64,000 nt of DNA from Burkholderiaceae bacterium (GCA_031291325.1 JARLJG010000034.1:3141-67140); one strand, 5' to 3'. Shown: positions 27,969 through 38,573, counted from the first letter of the stretch. Numbers and translations: made by a program. Notes: generated by a model from the sequence alone, not told the origin.

Positions 27969-28055
27969 CTGCGGCACGCATGCGCGCCGCAGCAAGAAAT
28001 CTTACACGACAATAGTCTGATGCTCGCCCTCCGCGCGCGCGCGGATTTCGCCGAT
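27969..28055. repeat. Direct-repeat partner (the authentic purM 3' end and terminator hairpin); islet right boundary
   Basis: ctgcggcacgcatgcgcgccgcagcaagaaatcttacacgacaatagtctgatgctcgccctccgcgcgcgcgcggatttcgc overlaps the purM stop at 28002. Confidence 0.7.
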
Positions 28056-29045
28056 ACGGTAGACGGTTTCGCCAGCCGCTTGCAATTGCGCTTGTGCCGC
28101 GTCGGCAATTTCCTTCGCCACGATCACCGTCATGCCGATGCCGCAATTGAACACGCGGTGCATTTCGGCATCGGCCACGCCGCCGTGCTCCTGCAACCAC
28201 GTAAATAGCGGCGGCATGGTCCACGCATTGCTGTCCAATACGGCGGTCAGATGGCTTTGCAGCACGCGCGGGATGTTTTCCACCAGGCCGCCGCCGGTGA
28301 TATGCACCAGGCCTTTTACTTCCAGGCTGGCCATCAGCGCCAGCAAGGGCTTGACGTAGATGCGGGTCGGTTCCAGCAGTACATCGGCCAGCTTGCGGCC
28401 ATGAAAATCGGCGTTCAAATCCGGCTGCGCCACGGAAATGATCTTGCGCACCAGCGAATAGCCGTTGGAATGCGCGCCCGACGATGCCAAACCGAGCACC
28501 ACGTCGCCCGGCACGATCTTGCTGCCGTCGATGATTTTGGATTTTTCCACCGCGCCCACCGCGAAACCGGCCAGATCGTACTCGCCGTCGGGATACATGC
28601 TGGGCATTTCGGCGGTTTCGCCGCCGATCAATGCGCAGCCGGCTTGCTCGCAACCGGCGGCAATGCCTTTGATGACGTCGGTCGCGGTCGCCACGTCGAG
28701 CTTGCCGCAGGCGAAATAGTCGAGGAAAAACAAGGGTTCCGCGCCTTGCACCAGGATGTCGTTGACGCTCATCGCGACCAGGTCGATGCCGACCGTGTCG
28801 TGCTTGTTCAGATGAAAAGCCAGCTTCAGCTTGGTGCCGACGCCGTCGGTGCCGGAAACCAGCACCGGCTCCTTGAATTTCTTGCCGATCTCGAACATTG
28901 CGCCGAATCCGCCGATCCCGGCCAGCACGCCTTCGCGCGCAGTGCGCTTGGCAAACGGCTTGATTGCTTCGACCAGGGCATCGCCCGCATCGATGTCGAC
29001 GCCGGCATCGCGATAGGAAAGGGAAACGTTAGAATTCGATGTCAT
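28002..29045 (-). CDS. purM: Phosphoribosylformylglycinamidine cyclo-ligase (AIR synthetase)
   Basis: [35 protein letters not shown]...; full-length purM-like sequence. Confidence 0.96.
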   Translation of the reverse strand: MTSNSNVSLSYRDAGVDIDAGDALVEAIKPFAKRTAREGVLAGIGGFGAMFEIGKKFKEPVLVSGTDGVGTKLKLAFHLNKHDTVGIDLVAMSVNDILVQGAEPLFFLDYFACGKLDVATATDVIKGIAAGCEQAGCALIGGETAEMPSMYPDGEYDLAGFAVGAVEKSKIIDGSKIVPGDVVLGLASSGAHSNGYSLVRKIISVAQPDLNADFHGRKLADVLLEPTRIYVKPLLALMASLEVKGLVHITGGGLVENIPRVLQSHLTAVLDSNAWTMPPLFTWLQEHGGVADAEMHRVFNCGIGMTVIVAKEIADAAQAQLQAAGETVYRIGEIRARAEGEHQTIVV

Positions 29046-29146
29046 GATGTAATTAGCCGCAGAGGCGGTAAAATAGAAAGTTATTGCCGACTTATGCCCG
29101 GCTGAACCCGTATTTTAACAAATCGCCTTATCGCACCCCTATTTTC

Positions 29147-30232
29147 ATGCCATTTTCTTTTACGCCCGAACAAAAGCAGACTGCCATTTGGCTGGCCGTG
29201 GCGGTCGCCCTGGCTGCGGTGCTGGTGTCGCTGGGCCCGGTGCTGACGCCCTTCATCGCCGCCGGCATCCTGGCTTATGCGCTCAATCCGGGCGTCGATT
29301 GGCTGGCCTCGCGCCGCATCGGGAAATTCGCTTTCCCGCGCTCGCTGGCGGTCGCCATCATGGTGCTGGCGCTGTTTGCGGCGGGGTTGGCCTTGCTGCT
29401 GGTGGTGGCCCCAGTATTGCAAAAAGAGAATATATTGCTGCAGGAACAGATTCCAACCTTTCTGGTCAAGCTCAACGAGTTGATCGGGCCGAAATTGCAG
29501 GAGTTCGGCATCAGCTTCACACTCGATGGCGCCGGTATCAAGAATATTGCCTCGCAATATATGAGCAGCAGCAGTGACGAAATCTGGCGCGCAGTGCTGT
29601 CGTCGGCCAAAGTCGGCGGGATTGCGGTGTTGGGCTGGGTGGCGACTTTCGTGTTGATCCCGGTGGTGTTGTTTTATTTGTTATTGGATTGGCATTTTTT
29701 GCTGGCGCGTTTGAGCAACGGCATTCCGCGCCGTTGGGTCGGCGTCACCAGCGGCCTGGCGCACGAAGTCGACGGTTTGCTGGCGCAATATCTGCGCGGC
29801 CAACTGACCGTCATGCTGGTGCTGGCGGCCTATTATTCGATCACCCTGACCTTGTTCGGCTTCGATGTCGCGCTGCCGGTCGGTTTGATAACCGGGCTGC
29901 TGGTGTTCATTCCCTACCTCGGCTTCGGCCTTGGGTTGATCCTGGCGACGATTGCCGCCGTGCTGCAATTCGACGGCTTTCACGGCTTGATCGCGGTGGC
30001 GTTGGTGTATGGTTTCGGGCAAATCCTGGAAGGTTTTTTCCTGACCCCGCGTTTGGTCGGCGAGCGGATCGGCTTGCATCCGCTGGCGGTGATCTTCGCG
30101 TTATTGGCGTTCGGCCAGGTGTTTGGCTTTGTCGGCGTGTTGTTGGCGTTGCCGGCCTCGGCAATTGTGATGGTTGCCATCAGGCATGTGCGCCGCCTCT
30201 ATCTGAACAGTAGTTTCTATACCCGTATATGA
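29147..30232 (+). CDS. AI-2E family transporter (PerM-like permease)
   Basis: Polytopic membrane protein. The ATG at 29147 (MPFSFTPEQKQTAIWLAV...) was chosen within track ORF 29084-30232. Confidence 0.8.
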   Translation: MPFSFTPEQKQTAIWLAVAVALAAVLVSLGPVLTPFIAAGILAYALNPGVDWLASRRIGKFAFPRSLAVAIMVLALFAAGLALLLVVAPVLQKENILLQEQIPTFLVKLNELIGPKLQEFGISFTLDGAGIKNIASQYMSSSSDEIWRAVLSSAKVGGIAVLGWVATFVLIPVVLFYLLLDWHFLLARLSNGIPRRWVGVTSGLAHEVDGLLAQYLRGQLTVMLVLAAYYSITLTLFGFDVALPVGLITGLLVFIPYLGFGLGLILATIAAVLQFDGFHGLIAVALVYGFGQILEGFFLTPRLVGERIGLHPLAVIFALLAFGQVFGFVGVLLALPASAIVMVAIRHVRRLYLNSSFYTRI

Positions 30233-30242
30233 AAAGCAAGCA

Positions 30243-30932
30243 ATGAGGCAAATGCCGTTGGATTTAGGCGCCGGGGAGCCGCAAACCCTGGATACTTTCG
30301 TGGTTGGCGCGAATATCGAGCTGGCGCAACATCTGCGCACGCTGGCCAAGCGCGCGAATTCGTCGCCAAACGAGAATTTCACCTACCTGTGGGGCGCGTC
30401 CGGCGCCGGCAAAACCCATCTGCTGCAAGCGATGGCGACGCTGCCGGCCAGCCGCTATATTGCCGCCGATGCGGCGGCGGACGCCTTCGAATTCTCGCCG
30501 GACGAGCAGATCTACCTGCTCGACGATTGCGACAAGCTGTCGGGCGACGCGCAAATATCCGCTTTTGCACTGTTCAACCAGGTGCGTGAAAACAACGGCG
30601 TGATGATTACCGCCGGTGCGGTCGCGCCGGCAGTGTTGGGCGTGCGCGAAGACTTGCGCACCCGGCTCGGCTGGGGCTTGATTTACCAGGTGCACGAGTT
30701 GACCGACGACGAAAAGATCGCGGCCTTGAGCCAGCGCGCACTGGCGCGCGGTTTGACGCTATCGTCCGGCGTGTTACCCTATCTTATTACGCATTTCAGG
30801 CGCGACATGCGTTCCCTCTCGGCGACGCTGGATGCATTGGATCGCTATTCGCTGGAAACCAAAAAAAGAGCGATCACGCTGCCGCTGCTGCGCGACCTGC
30901 TGCTGCACGAACCGGAAACCACAGAACAATGA
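30243..30932 (+). CDS. hda: DnaA regulatory inactivator Hda
   Basis: MRQMPLDLG...FTYLWGASGAGKTHLLQA...LLDDCD is a DnaA-like AAA+ domain of Hda size (229 aa). Confidence 0.85.
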   Translation: MRQMPLDLGAGEPQTLDTFVVGANIELAQHLRTLAKRANSSPNENFTYLWGASGAGKTHLLQAMATLPASRYIAADAAADAFEFSPDEQIYLLDDCDKLSGDAQISAFALFNQVRENNGVMITAGAVAPAVLGVREDLRTRLGWGLIYQVHELTDDEKIAALSQRALARGLTLSSGVLPYLITHFRRDMRSLSATLDALDRYSLETKKRAITLPLLRDLLLHEPETTEQ

Positions 30933-31600
30933 ATCTGGCACTATTCGACCTCGACCATACCTTGATCCCGATCGATTCCGACTATGAATGGGGACAATTC
31001 CTGTCGCGCATCGGCGCGGTCGACCCGGTGGAATTCGCCCGCCGCAACGGCGAATTTTTCGCCCAATACCAGGCCGGCACCATCGATCCGGTCGAATACC
31101 TGGAATTCGCGCTCGGCACGCTGGCGCAGTTCAAGCGCGCGCAACTGGATCAATGGCATGCGCAATTCATGCGCGAAGTGATCGATCCCGCGATCCTGCC
31201 GGCGGCACGCGACTTGTTGCAGCGGCATCGGGACCAGGGCGACCTGGTCGCGATTGCCACCGCCACCAACCGCTTCGTCACCGAGCCGATCGCCAAGGCC
31301 TTCGGGGTCGAGCATTTGATTGCAGCCGAGCCGGAATTCACCGCCGGCGGCGAACTGACCGGCAAATTGATCGGCATGCCGACTTCCGGCGCGGGCAAGC
31401 TGACGCAGGCCCAACGCTGGCTTGCAAGCCAGGGCAAATCGCTGGACAGCTTCGAGCGCACTCACTTTTACAGCGATTCGCAAAACGACATCCCCCTCTT
31501 GTCCGCCGTGACGCACCCGGTCGCCACCAACCCCAATGCCACCCTCGCTGCGCATGCCAAGACGCACGGCTGGCCTATACTGAAATTATTCAATGATTAA
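30929..31600 (+). CDS. HAD-IB family hydrolase
   Basis: MNLALFDLDHTL (DxDxT motif) ...YSDSQNDIPLL. 4-nt overlap with hda. Confidence 0.85.
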   Translation: MNLALFDLDHTLIPIDSDYEWGQFLSRIGAVDPVEFARRNGEFFAQYQAGTIDPVEYLEFALGTLAQFKRAQLDQWHAQFMREVIDPAILPAARDLLQRHRDQGDLVAIATATNRFVTEPIAKAFGVEHLIAAEPEFTAGGELTGKLIGMPTSGAGKLTQAQRWLASQGKSLDSFERTHFYSDSQNDIPLLSAVTHPVATNPNATLAAHAKTHGWPILKLFND

Positions 31601-32957
31601 AAAGTTCATCCGCCGCATCCTCGGCGCCAAAGACAAGGAAGTCGACCCGACCCAACCGGCAATATTGGGGCCGAAAGAGCACGGGATCGATCCGCAACTG
31701 GTGTCGCCCAACGCACTCAAGGTTACCCAGACCCTGCAAGACGCCGGCTTCAAGGCCTTCGTGGTCGGCGGCGCGGTGCGCGACTTGCTGCTGGGCGTGA
31801 AGCCCAAGGATTTCGACATCGCCACCAATGCCACGCCGGAGCAAGTCAAGCGCCTGTTTCGGCGCGCCTTCATCATCGGCAAGCGCTTCCAGATCGTCCA
31901 CGTGATGCTGGGACAGGAGCAATTGGAAGTGACGACCTTTCGCGGCGCGTCGTCGGATGGCTCGCCCAAGGACGAGCATGGCCGCGTGCTGCGCGACAAT
32001 ACCTTCGGCGAACAGCACGAAGACGCGGTGCGCCGCGACTTCACCATCAATGCGATGTACTACGATCCGGCCACCCAAACCGTGCTGGATTATCACGGCG
32101 GCATCGCCGACATCAAGGGCAAGACGCTGCGCATGATCGGCGCGCCGGAAGCACGCTACCGCGAAGACCCGGTGCGCCTGTTGCGCGTGGTGCGCTTTGC
32201 GGCAAAACTCGATTTTGCGATCGAACCGGCCACCAGCGCGCCGATCAAGGTGATGGCGCCGTTGATTAACAATGTCCCCGCGGCCCGCGTTTTCGACGAG
32301 ATGCTGAAATTGCTGATGAGCGGCCAGGCGCTGGCCTGCCTGCAGCAATTACGCAAGCAGGGTTTGCATCACGGCTTGCTGCCGCTGCTCGATGTGGTGC
32401 TGGAGCAGCCGCTGGGCGAAAAATTCGTCACGCTGGCGCTGGCCAATACCGATGCGCGCATCAAGCAGGGCAAACCGGTCTCGCCCGGCTTCCTGTTTGC
32501 GGCGCTGTTGTGGCATCAAGTGCTGGAGAAATGGACCGCTTACCAGACTGCCGGCGAATATCCGATCCCGGCGCTGCATCTGGCAGCCGACGACGTGTTG
32601 AATGCGCAAACTGAAAAGTTGGCGCTGCAAAGAAAAATTGCGTCGGACATGCGCGACATCTGGGCGATGCAGCCGCGCTTCGAGCGACGCATCGGCAAGT
32701 CGCCGTATAAATTGCTGGAGCACCTGCGCCTGCGCGCCGGTTACGATTTCCTGTTGCTGCGCTGCGCATCCGGCGAAATCGACAGCGAAATCGGCGAATG
32801 GTGGACCGATTTCATCGCCGCCGATGGCGGCGGGCGCGAAGCCTTGTTGAATAAAAAAGCCAAGGCCGCCGAAGGCGCTGCGGCGAAAAAGCGGCCCCGT
32901 CGCCGCAATGGCCGCAGCAAGCCCCAGGACGGCTCCGGCACCGCAAATGGCGCATAA
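31593..32957 (+). CDS. pcnB: Poly(A) polymerase I
   Basis: ...FKAFVVGGAVRDLLLGVKPKDFDIATNATPEQV...RDFTINAMYYD are nucleotidyltransferase motifs. The C-terminus is basic. Confidence 0.93.
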   Translation: MIKKFIRRILGAKDKEVDPTQPAILGPKEHGIDPQLVSPNALKVTQTLQDAGFKAFVVGGAVRDLLLGVKPKDFDIATNATPEQVKRLFRRAFIIGKRFQIVHVMLGQEQLEVTTFRGASSDGSPKDEHGRVLRDNTFGEQHEDAVRRDFTINAMYYDPATQTVLDYHGGIADIKGKTLRMIGAPEARYREDPVRLLRVVRFAAKLDFAIEPATSAPIKVMAPLINNVPAARVFDEMLKLLMSGQALACLQQLRKQGLHHGLLPLLDVVLEQPLGEKFVTLALANTDARIKQGKPVSPGFLFAALLWHQVLEKWTAYQTAGEYPIPALHLAADDVLNAQTEKLALQRKIASDMRDIWAMQPRFERRIGKSPYKLLEHLRLRAGYDFLLLRCASGEIDSEIGEWWTDFIAADGGGREALLNKKAKAAEGAAAKKRPRRRNGRSKPQDGSGTANGA

Positions 32958-32959
32958 TC

Positions 32960-33439
32960 GTGATCGACGCCTACATCGGCATCGGCGCCAATCTTGGCGA
33001 TGCGCAAGAATCGGTGCGGCAAGCAATCGATAGACTTTCCGGCCTGCCCAAAACCCGGCTCGTTCGGCAATCGAGCTTGTTTCGCACCGCGCCGATCGAT
33101 GCCGGCGGCGACGACTACGTCAACGCGGTGGCGTGCGTGCAGACGCAACTCGACGCGCACGAATTGCTGGCACAATTGCAGGCGATAGAAAACGAATTCG
33201 GACGGGAACGCCCCTACGTCAACGCGCCGCGCACGCTGGACCTCGATATCCTGCTGTACGGCAACCGGCAAATCGACAGCGCGTCGCTGACGGTGCCGCA
33301 TCCGCGTTTGACGCAAAGGGCGTTCGCGCTGATCCCATTGTTGCAGATCGATCCTTTGATCGCCATTCCCGGCAAAGGCGCGGCGCACTTGTTTGCGCCG
33401 GCAGTCGCCGGGCAGGCGATTTCAAAGATTGCCGGGTAA
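32960..33439 (+). CDS. folK: 2-amino-4-hydroxy-6-hydroxymethyldihydropteridine diphosphokinase
   Basis: AYIGIGANLGD...LFRTAPI...RPYVNAPRTLDLDILLYG...LTVPHPRLTQRAFAL. GTG start at 32960. Confidence 0.92.
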   Translation: MIDAYIGIGANLGDAQESVRQAIDRLSGLPKTRLVRQSSLFRTAPIDAGGDDYVNAVACVQTQLDAHELLAQLQAIENEFGRERPYVNAPRTLDLDILLYGNRQIDSASLTVPHPRLTQRAFALIPLLQIDPLIAIPGKGAAHLFAPAVAGQAISKIAG

Positions 33440-33447
33440 GGAGCGCT

Positions 33448-34089
33448 ATGGACTTCAGCAGTTACAAATATATCGTGGTCGAAGGGCCGATTGGCGTCGG
33501 CAAGACTTCGCTGGCGCGCCGGCTGGCGGAAAATCTATCGGCGCAGACGCTGCTCGAAGTGCCGGAAGAAAATCCGTTCCTGGAAAAGTTTTATCGCGAC
33601 TCGGCGCGCTACGCGTTGCCGGCGCAAATGTTTTTCCTGTTCCAGCGCATGAACCTGCTGCGCGACCTGACGCAGACCGATTTGTTCAAGCAGCCGGTGG
33701 TGGCCGACTTCTTGCTCGACAAGGATCCGCTGTTTGCCGCCCTGACCCTGGGCGACGACGAGTTGAAACTGTACCGGCAAATGTACGACCACGTGCGACC
33801 GCAAGCGCCCAAGCCCGATCTGGTCATCTATCTGCAGGCTGAGCCGGAAGTCTTGATCGAGCGCTTGAAAAAACGCGGCCTGACGATGGAAATCGGCATT
33901 TCCGAACCCTACCTGCACCGCCTGTGCGAAAGCTACAGCCGGTTTTTCTATCACTACGACGCGGCGCCGCTATTGATCGTGAATGCAGAAAATCTGAATC
34001 CGATTGCGCGCGACGACGACTTCAATTTGCTGCTCAAGCGCATCCGGGATATGCGCGGCAAGCGCGAATTTTTCAAACTTGGAGAATGA
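33448..34089 (+). CDS. Deoxynucleoside kinase
   Basis: [27 protein letters not shown]...NPFLEKFY...; P-loop and dNK family layout. The ATG at 33448 is preceded by GGAG. Confidence 0.85.
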   Translation: MDFSSYKYIVVEGPIGVGKTSLARRLAENLSAQTLLEVPEENPFLEKFYRDSARYALPAQMFFLFQRMNLLRDLTQTDLFKQPVVADFLLDKDPLFAALTLGDDELKLYRQMYDHVRPQAPKPDLVIYLQAEPEVLIERLKKRGLTMEIGISEPYLHRLCESYSRFFYHYDAAPLLIVNAENLNPIARDDDFNLLLKRIRDMRGKREFFKLGE

Positions 34090-34868
34090 GCATGGCTGGA
34101 TACTTGCAAGAAAATCAGAATTCGACCGCGCGCACCCGCGCAGTCACCGTGCCGGCCTTGCGCAAACAGCGCGACGCCAACGAGAAAATCACCATGCTCA
34201 CTTGCTACGACGCCAGCTTCGCCGCGCTGATGGATCGCTGCGGCGTCGACATCCTGCTGATCGGCGATTCGCTCGGCATGGTGTGCCAGGGGCATACCTC
34301 GACCTTGCCGGTGACGCTGGCCGACATCGCCTACCATACCGCCAGCGTCGCGCGCGGCAATCACACCGCCTTGATCGTGGCCGACATGCCGTTCGGCACT
34401 TACGCAACCCCGCAAGCGGCTTTCGACAACGCGGTCAAGCTGATGCAGGCTGGCGCGCAGATGGTGAAGCTGGAAGGCGGCGCCTGGCTGGCGGAAACCG
34501 TGCACTTCCTGACCGAGCGCGCAGTGCCGGTCTGCGCGCATGTCGGCTTGACGCCGCAATCGGTGCATCAATTAGGCGGCTACCTGGTGCAGGGAAAAAC
34601 CATCGAAAGCGCCGACCAGCTATTGCTCGATGTGCAAGCCTTGCAAGCCGCCGGCGCCGGTTTGATTGTATTGGAAGCGATCCCGTCGGCGCTGGGCAAG
34701 AAGGCGACCGAAGCGCTGGCGATCCCGACCATCGGCATCGGCGCCGGCCCGGATTGCTCCGGCCAGGTATTGGTGATGCACGACTTGCTGGGCGTCTTCC
34801 CCGGCAAGAAGGCGCGTTTCGTGAAGAATTTCATGGAAGGACAAACCAGCATCGATGCGGCGATTTAG
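34086..34868 (+). CDS. panB: 3-methyl-2-oxobutanoate hydroxymethyltransferase, ending at an in-frame TAG 19 codons before the conserved C-terminal tail
   Basis: ...[33 protein letters not shown]...VKLEGG.... ATGA overlap with the dNK stop. After TAG (34866-34868) the same frame continues AYVAAVKDQSFPGPEHCF to TAG at 34923-34925. Confidence 0.88.
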   Translation: MSMAGYLQENQNSTARTRAVTVPALRKQRDANEKITMLTCYDASFAALMDRCGVDILLIGDSLGMVCQGHTSTLPVTLADIAYHTASVARGNHTALIVADMPFGTYATPQAAFDNAVKLMQAGAQMVKLEGGAWLAETVHFLTERAVPVCAHVGLTPQSVHQLGGYLVQGKTIESADQLLLDVQALQAAGAGLIVLEAIPSALGKKATEALAIPTIGIGAGPDCSGQVLVMHDLLGVFPGKKARFVKNFMEGQTSIDAAI

Positions 34869-34960
34869 GCCTATGTCGCGGCGGTCAAGGACCAGTCGTT
34901 TCCGGGACCTGAACATTGTTTTTAGGGCGGCCCGCGTAGGGCGGCCCGCGTAGGACATTT

Positions 34961-34989
34961 CTGTCCGGCGCGGCTAAAATGCCGGACAG
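34961..34989. terminator. Hairpin between convergent panB and the SDR gene (possible bidirectional terminator)
   Basis: 9-bp stem ctgtccggc / gccggacag with an 11-nt loop. The flanking T/A runs are weak. Confidence 0.35.
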
Positions 34990-35021
34990 TTGCGAGGTCG
35001 TCTGCCGTCAAGGCGCCGGCG

Positions 35022-35924
35022 TCAGCCTTGAAGCGTCGCGTCGAAGTAGCGCGGCCGGTCGATATCGGCAATCAAGCCCGGCTGCATGGGCTGCCAACCC
35101 AGCAGTTCCTGGGTGCGCTGGCTGGAGGCCGGGCAATCGATTGCGGCGAAGTGGGCAAACCAACCAAAATGGCTCGCCGCCTCCTCGGACGATTTGGATA
35201 CCACCGGTAAATTCAAGCGCCTGCCGATGACTTCGGCAATTTCGCGGAACGCAATACCTTCGTCGGCCACACCGTGGTATCGAGCGCCTGCGGAACCCTG
35301 CTCGAGTGCAAGCCGATACAACTGCGCGGCATCGAGCCGGTGCACGCCGGACCAGCGGTTGCTGCCATCGCCGACATAGGCCGATACGCCCTTTTCCCGT
35401 GCGAGATTGATGAGAATCGGCACGAAACCGTGATCGCCGTCGCCATGCACCGACGGCGAAAGGCGCACCACCGATGCGCGCACGCCACGCGCCACCATCG
35501 ACAGAGTCGTTTCTTCGGAAACGCGGGGAAAGTGGCTATCGGCAGAACGCACGTCTTGTTCTGTCGCCAGACGCCCTGGTGAAATCAGCGCAGTGCCGGA
35601 CGTGCCGATCAGCGGGCGACCGGATCCGGCAAGTTCTGCGCCGAGCGCCTCGATGGCGCGCCGGTCAATCTCGCACACTTCGTTGAATCGCGCGAAGTCG
35701 TGGACGAATCCGGTGTGGATCACGCCATCCGCCGCGGCGGCGCCACTGCGCAAACTGTCGAGGTCTTCAAGATCGCCGCGATGCACTTGGGCGCCAGCGG
35801 CGATCAGGGACTTGGCGTTGGCGTCCGAGCGGGCAAGGCCCAGCACCTGATGGCCGGCGCCCAGGAGTTCTTGGACGATGGCGGAACCGACGAAGCCGGT
35901 AGCTCCAGTAAGAAAGACACGCAT
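35022..35924 (-). CDS. NAD(P)-dependent SDR-family oxidoreductase/epimerase
   Basis: [33 protein letters not shown] is a Rossmann GxxGxxG motif. ATG at 35924 within the track ORF ending at 35951. Confidence 0.85.
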   Translation of the reverse strand: MRVFLTGATGFVGSAIVQELLGAGHQVLGLARSDANAKSLIAAGAQVHRGDLEDLDSLRSGAAAADGVIHTGFVHDFARFNEVCEIDRRAIEALGAELAGSGRPLIGTSGTALISPGRLATEQDVRSADSHFPRVSEETTLSMVARGVRASVVRLSPSVHGDGDHGFVPILINLAREKGVSAYVGDGSNRWSGVHRLDAAQLYRLALEQGSAGARYHGVADEGIAFREIAEVIGRRLNLPVVSKSSEEAASHFGWFAHFAAIDCPASSQRTQELLGWQPMQPGLIADIDRPRYFDATLQG

Positions 35925-36048
35925 GATGATTTCTCCTGTATTTCGTTTCATGACCGCTGATGCGGCCCCGTGATCAACATCTTAGGTGATTGAAGTGATA
36001 CGATCCATGCTGTAGAGTCCGCATTATCTTTTCAATCGTCCGGGAGGA

Positions 36049-37023
36049 ATGATGGATCCCCTTTCAGATGTGCTGTCGCTGCTGAAACTGCGCAACTACA
36101 TGTGCGGTGGTTTTGATGTCGCCGGCGACTGGTCTATCCAGTTTCCCCAGCATGAAGGCATCAAATGCTACGCGATGGTGTCGGGCGAGTGCTGGCTCGC
36201 GGTCGACGGTGTGGTCGAAGCGGCGCGCCTCAAGGCTGGAGATTGCTTCGTGTTGCCGGGCGGGCGGCCTTTCCGCCTTGCCAGCGATTTGAGCTTGACG
36301 CCGATCGACGTAAGCGCGATTTTCCGTGCCCCGCAGAACGGCAGCATCCGCTCGCACAATGGCGGCGGCGAATGTTTCAGTGTCGGCGGACATTTCGCGC
36401 TTGCTGGCAAGCATGCGGGCATCCTGTTGAAAGCGCTGCCGCCGATCGTGCATATCCGCGAAGAATCGGACAAGGCCGCGCTGCGCTGGTCGGTGGAGCG
36501 GATGATGCTGGAATTGCGCAACCCGCAGCCGGGAGGCTTTTTGGTCGTACAACACCTGGCCCACATGATCCTGGTCCAGGCGCTGCGGCTGCATCTGGCA
36601 GACGGTGTCAAAGGCGGAGCCGGCTGGCTCTTCGCGCTGGCCGACAAGCAGATGAGTGCCGCGATCAACGCCATGCATGGCGAGCCGGCGCGTAGCTGGA
36701 CATTGCAGGAACTGGCGCAGCATGTCGGCATGTCGCGCTCGAGCTTTGCGCTGAAATTCAAGGAGACCGTCGGCGAACCGCCGATGGAATACCTGACGCG
36801 CTGGCGCATGCTGCTGGCCGGCGACCGGCTGGAAAATTCCGGCGATCCGGTATCCGTCATCGCCTTATCGCTAGGCTACGAATCCGAGAGCGCCTTTAGC
36901 ACGGCGTTCAAAAGAGTCATGGGCTGTTCGCCACGGCAATACGCGCGCGGTCGCAATGGTTCTTCGTCGTCGCCTATCGCCGAGGAAGACCCCGCCACCG
37001 ACTTTCCTCGTGCCGCTGCATAG
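36049..37023 (+). CDS. AraC-family transcriptional regulator with an N-terminal cupin domain
   Basis: C-terminal HTH ...WTLQELAQHVGMSRSSFALKFKETVGEPPMEYLTRWRM...ALSLGYESESAFSTAFKR. Divergent from the SDR gene. Confidence 0.88.
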   Translation: MMDPLSDVLSLLKLRNYMCGGFDVAGDWSIQFPQHEGIKCYAMVSGECWLAVDGVVEAARLKAGDCFVLPGGRPFRLASDLSLTPIDVSAIFRAPQNGSIRSHNGGGECFSVGGHFALAGKHAGILLKALPPIVHIREESDKAALRWSVERMMLELRNPQPGGFLVVQHLAHMILVQALRLHLADGVKGGAGWLFALADKQMSAAINAMHGEPARSWTLQELAQHVGMSRSSFALKFKETVGEPPMEYLTRWRMLLAGDRLENSGDPVSVIALSLGYESESAFSTAFKRVMGCSPRQYARGRNGSSSSPIAEEDPATDFPRAAA

Positions 37024-37077
37024 TCGCCGCCGAGTCACCGCCCGATTCACGGTGCTGACCTTGACAATGCCACGACC

Positions 37078-37752
37078 TTATTGGCCTTCTTCGTAGCGCC
37101 CCAACGCCGCTGCCAACAGCGGCGTCAGTTCGTCCGGCGCGCTGACCGCCATGCCGAGGGGGCGCAGCAAGCCGTCTTCCAAGCCGTATACCCAGCTGTG
37201 GACGGTCAACTCTTGCTTTCTCTCCCACGCGTCCTGCACGATAGTCGTTTGGCAGACGTTGACGACTTGTTCGATGACGTTGAGTTCGCACAAGCGATTG
37301 AGCTTGTCGCGGTCGGGCAGCGCCTCGCCCAGATAGCGTTCATGTTTTTGCTGCACGTCTTGCACATGGCGCAGCCAGTTGTCGGCCAGGCCGATGCGGC
37401 GTCCGGTCGACGCCGCGTGCACGCCGGAACATCCGTAATGCCCGCAAACGATCACATGCTTGACCGCCAGCACTTCCACCGCGAATTGCAAGACCGACAG
37501 AAAATTCAAGTCGGAATGCACGACCACGTTGGCGATATTGCGATGCACGAAGACGTCGCCCGGCAGCAAGCCCAGCAATTCGTTGGCCGGCACCCGGCTG
37601 TCGGAGCATCCTATCCATAGATATTCGGGCGATTGCTGCAGCGCCAGTTTCCGAAAGAATTCCGGATCCTTGGCGGAAATGGAAGCAGCCCATTCGCGGT
37701 TATTCTGGAACAAATGCTCCAGGGAAATGGTGTCTTTACCTTGATTTGTCAT
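37078..37752 (-). CDS. can: Beta-class carbonic anhydrase
   Basis: ...PEYLWIGCSDSRVPANEL...VFVHRNIANVV...VIVCGHYGCSGV... are zinc-ligand motifs. ATG at 37752 (MTNQGKD...) within track ORF 37078-37860. Confidence 0.88.
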   Translation of the reverse strand: MTNQGKDTISLEHLFQNNREWAASISAKDPEFFRKLALQQSPEYLWIGCSDSRVPANELLGLLPGDVFVHRNIANVVVHSDLNFLSVLQFAVEVLAVKHVIVCGHYGCSGVHAASTGRRIGLADNWLRHVQDVQQKHERYLGEALPDRDKLNRLCELNVIEQVVNVCQTTIVQDAWERKQELTVHSWVYGLEDGLLRPLGMAVSAPDELTPLLAAALGRYEEGQ

Positions 37753-37958
37753 AGCGTTCCGGCACGGATGAGCGTCGCGCCGATCGACGTGATCAGGCAT
37801 GCAGCGGGTTTGCTGGCGACGGCTCTTTGGCGTTACACGGATTTTATAGGAATCGGCCACCGAGCGTGGCGCGAAGAGGCGAATTTAGCCGGTGCGCACC
37901 GGCAATTCAATCGATAGGTCGGCGGGCAACCGGCAGGTTGCCCGCCAGGTGCGCAAAC

Positions 37959-38573
37959 TCAGGGAGTTTCGCCCAACAATGCCGATTTGAGCTTGGAATC
38001 GGGAGGAGACCGGCCCAGCCAGATTTTCAGCAACGCGTTGTAAAATTGTACGTCGGGCACGGAGTCGATGATCTTCTTGCCGTTCAGGGAAACCATCGTG
38101 CCCGAGCCTGGAATCCAGTCGGTAGTCAGTATGTCGCCCTTTTTCAATTCGGGTATCGATGCAAACAATTGGCCGAAGGTCAGCTCTTGCGGAACAAACT
38201 TTGCGCGCTCGGCAAGATCGGTATTTTTCTTGATGCCATCCATGAACGCCTGGCCGAAACTCTCGCTCCCCAGATCGCGCAAAAATACCAAGGTGATGCG
38301 TTTGGCCCCTGGAACCGCCAAAATATCTTCTACCTTGTTCTTTTTCTCGGCGAGATAGATACCGGCGACATAAACCTTGAAAATCACCTTATAGCGAATA
38401 CCGGCGCCGTTGAGTTTGAGATCTTGATTAGCGACATGCACGGTCTCTTCAAGCTTGACGCCGGCCACCTCTACCGTCGCCGATGCCACCGAAGCGAACC
38501 CCATCAGGATAGCTATGCCAAGCATGGCCAGGACCCGGCCGATACGAACGCCTGCATTCATTTTCATCTCCAT
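37959..38573 (-). CDS. Chalcone isomerase-like family protein (secreted)
   Basis: Signal peptide (RIGRVLAMLGIAILMGFASVASA), then ...LKLNGAGIRYKVIFKVYVAGIYLAEK..., typical of the bacterial CHI-like family. Confidence 0.7.
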   Translation of the reverse strand: MEMKMNAGVRIGRVLAMLGIAILMGFASVASATVEVAGVKLEETVHVANQDLKLNGAGIRYKVIFKVYVAGIYLAEKKNKVEDILAVPGAKRITLVFLRDLGSESFGQAFMDGIKKNTDLAERAKFVPQELTFGQLFASIPELKKGDILTTDWIPGSGTMVSLNGKKIIDSVPDVQFYNALLKIWLGRSPPDSKLKSALLGETP

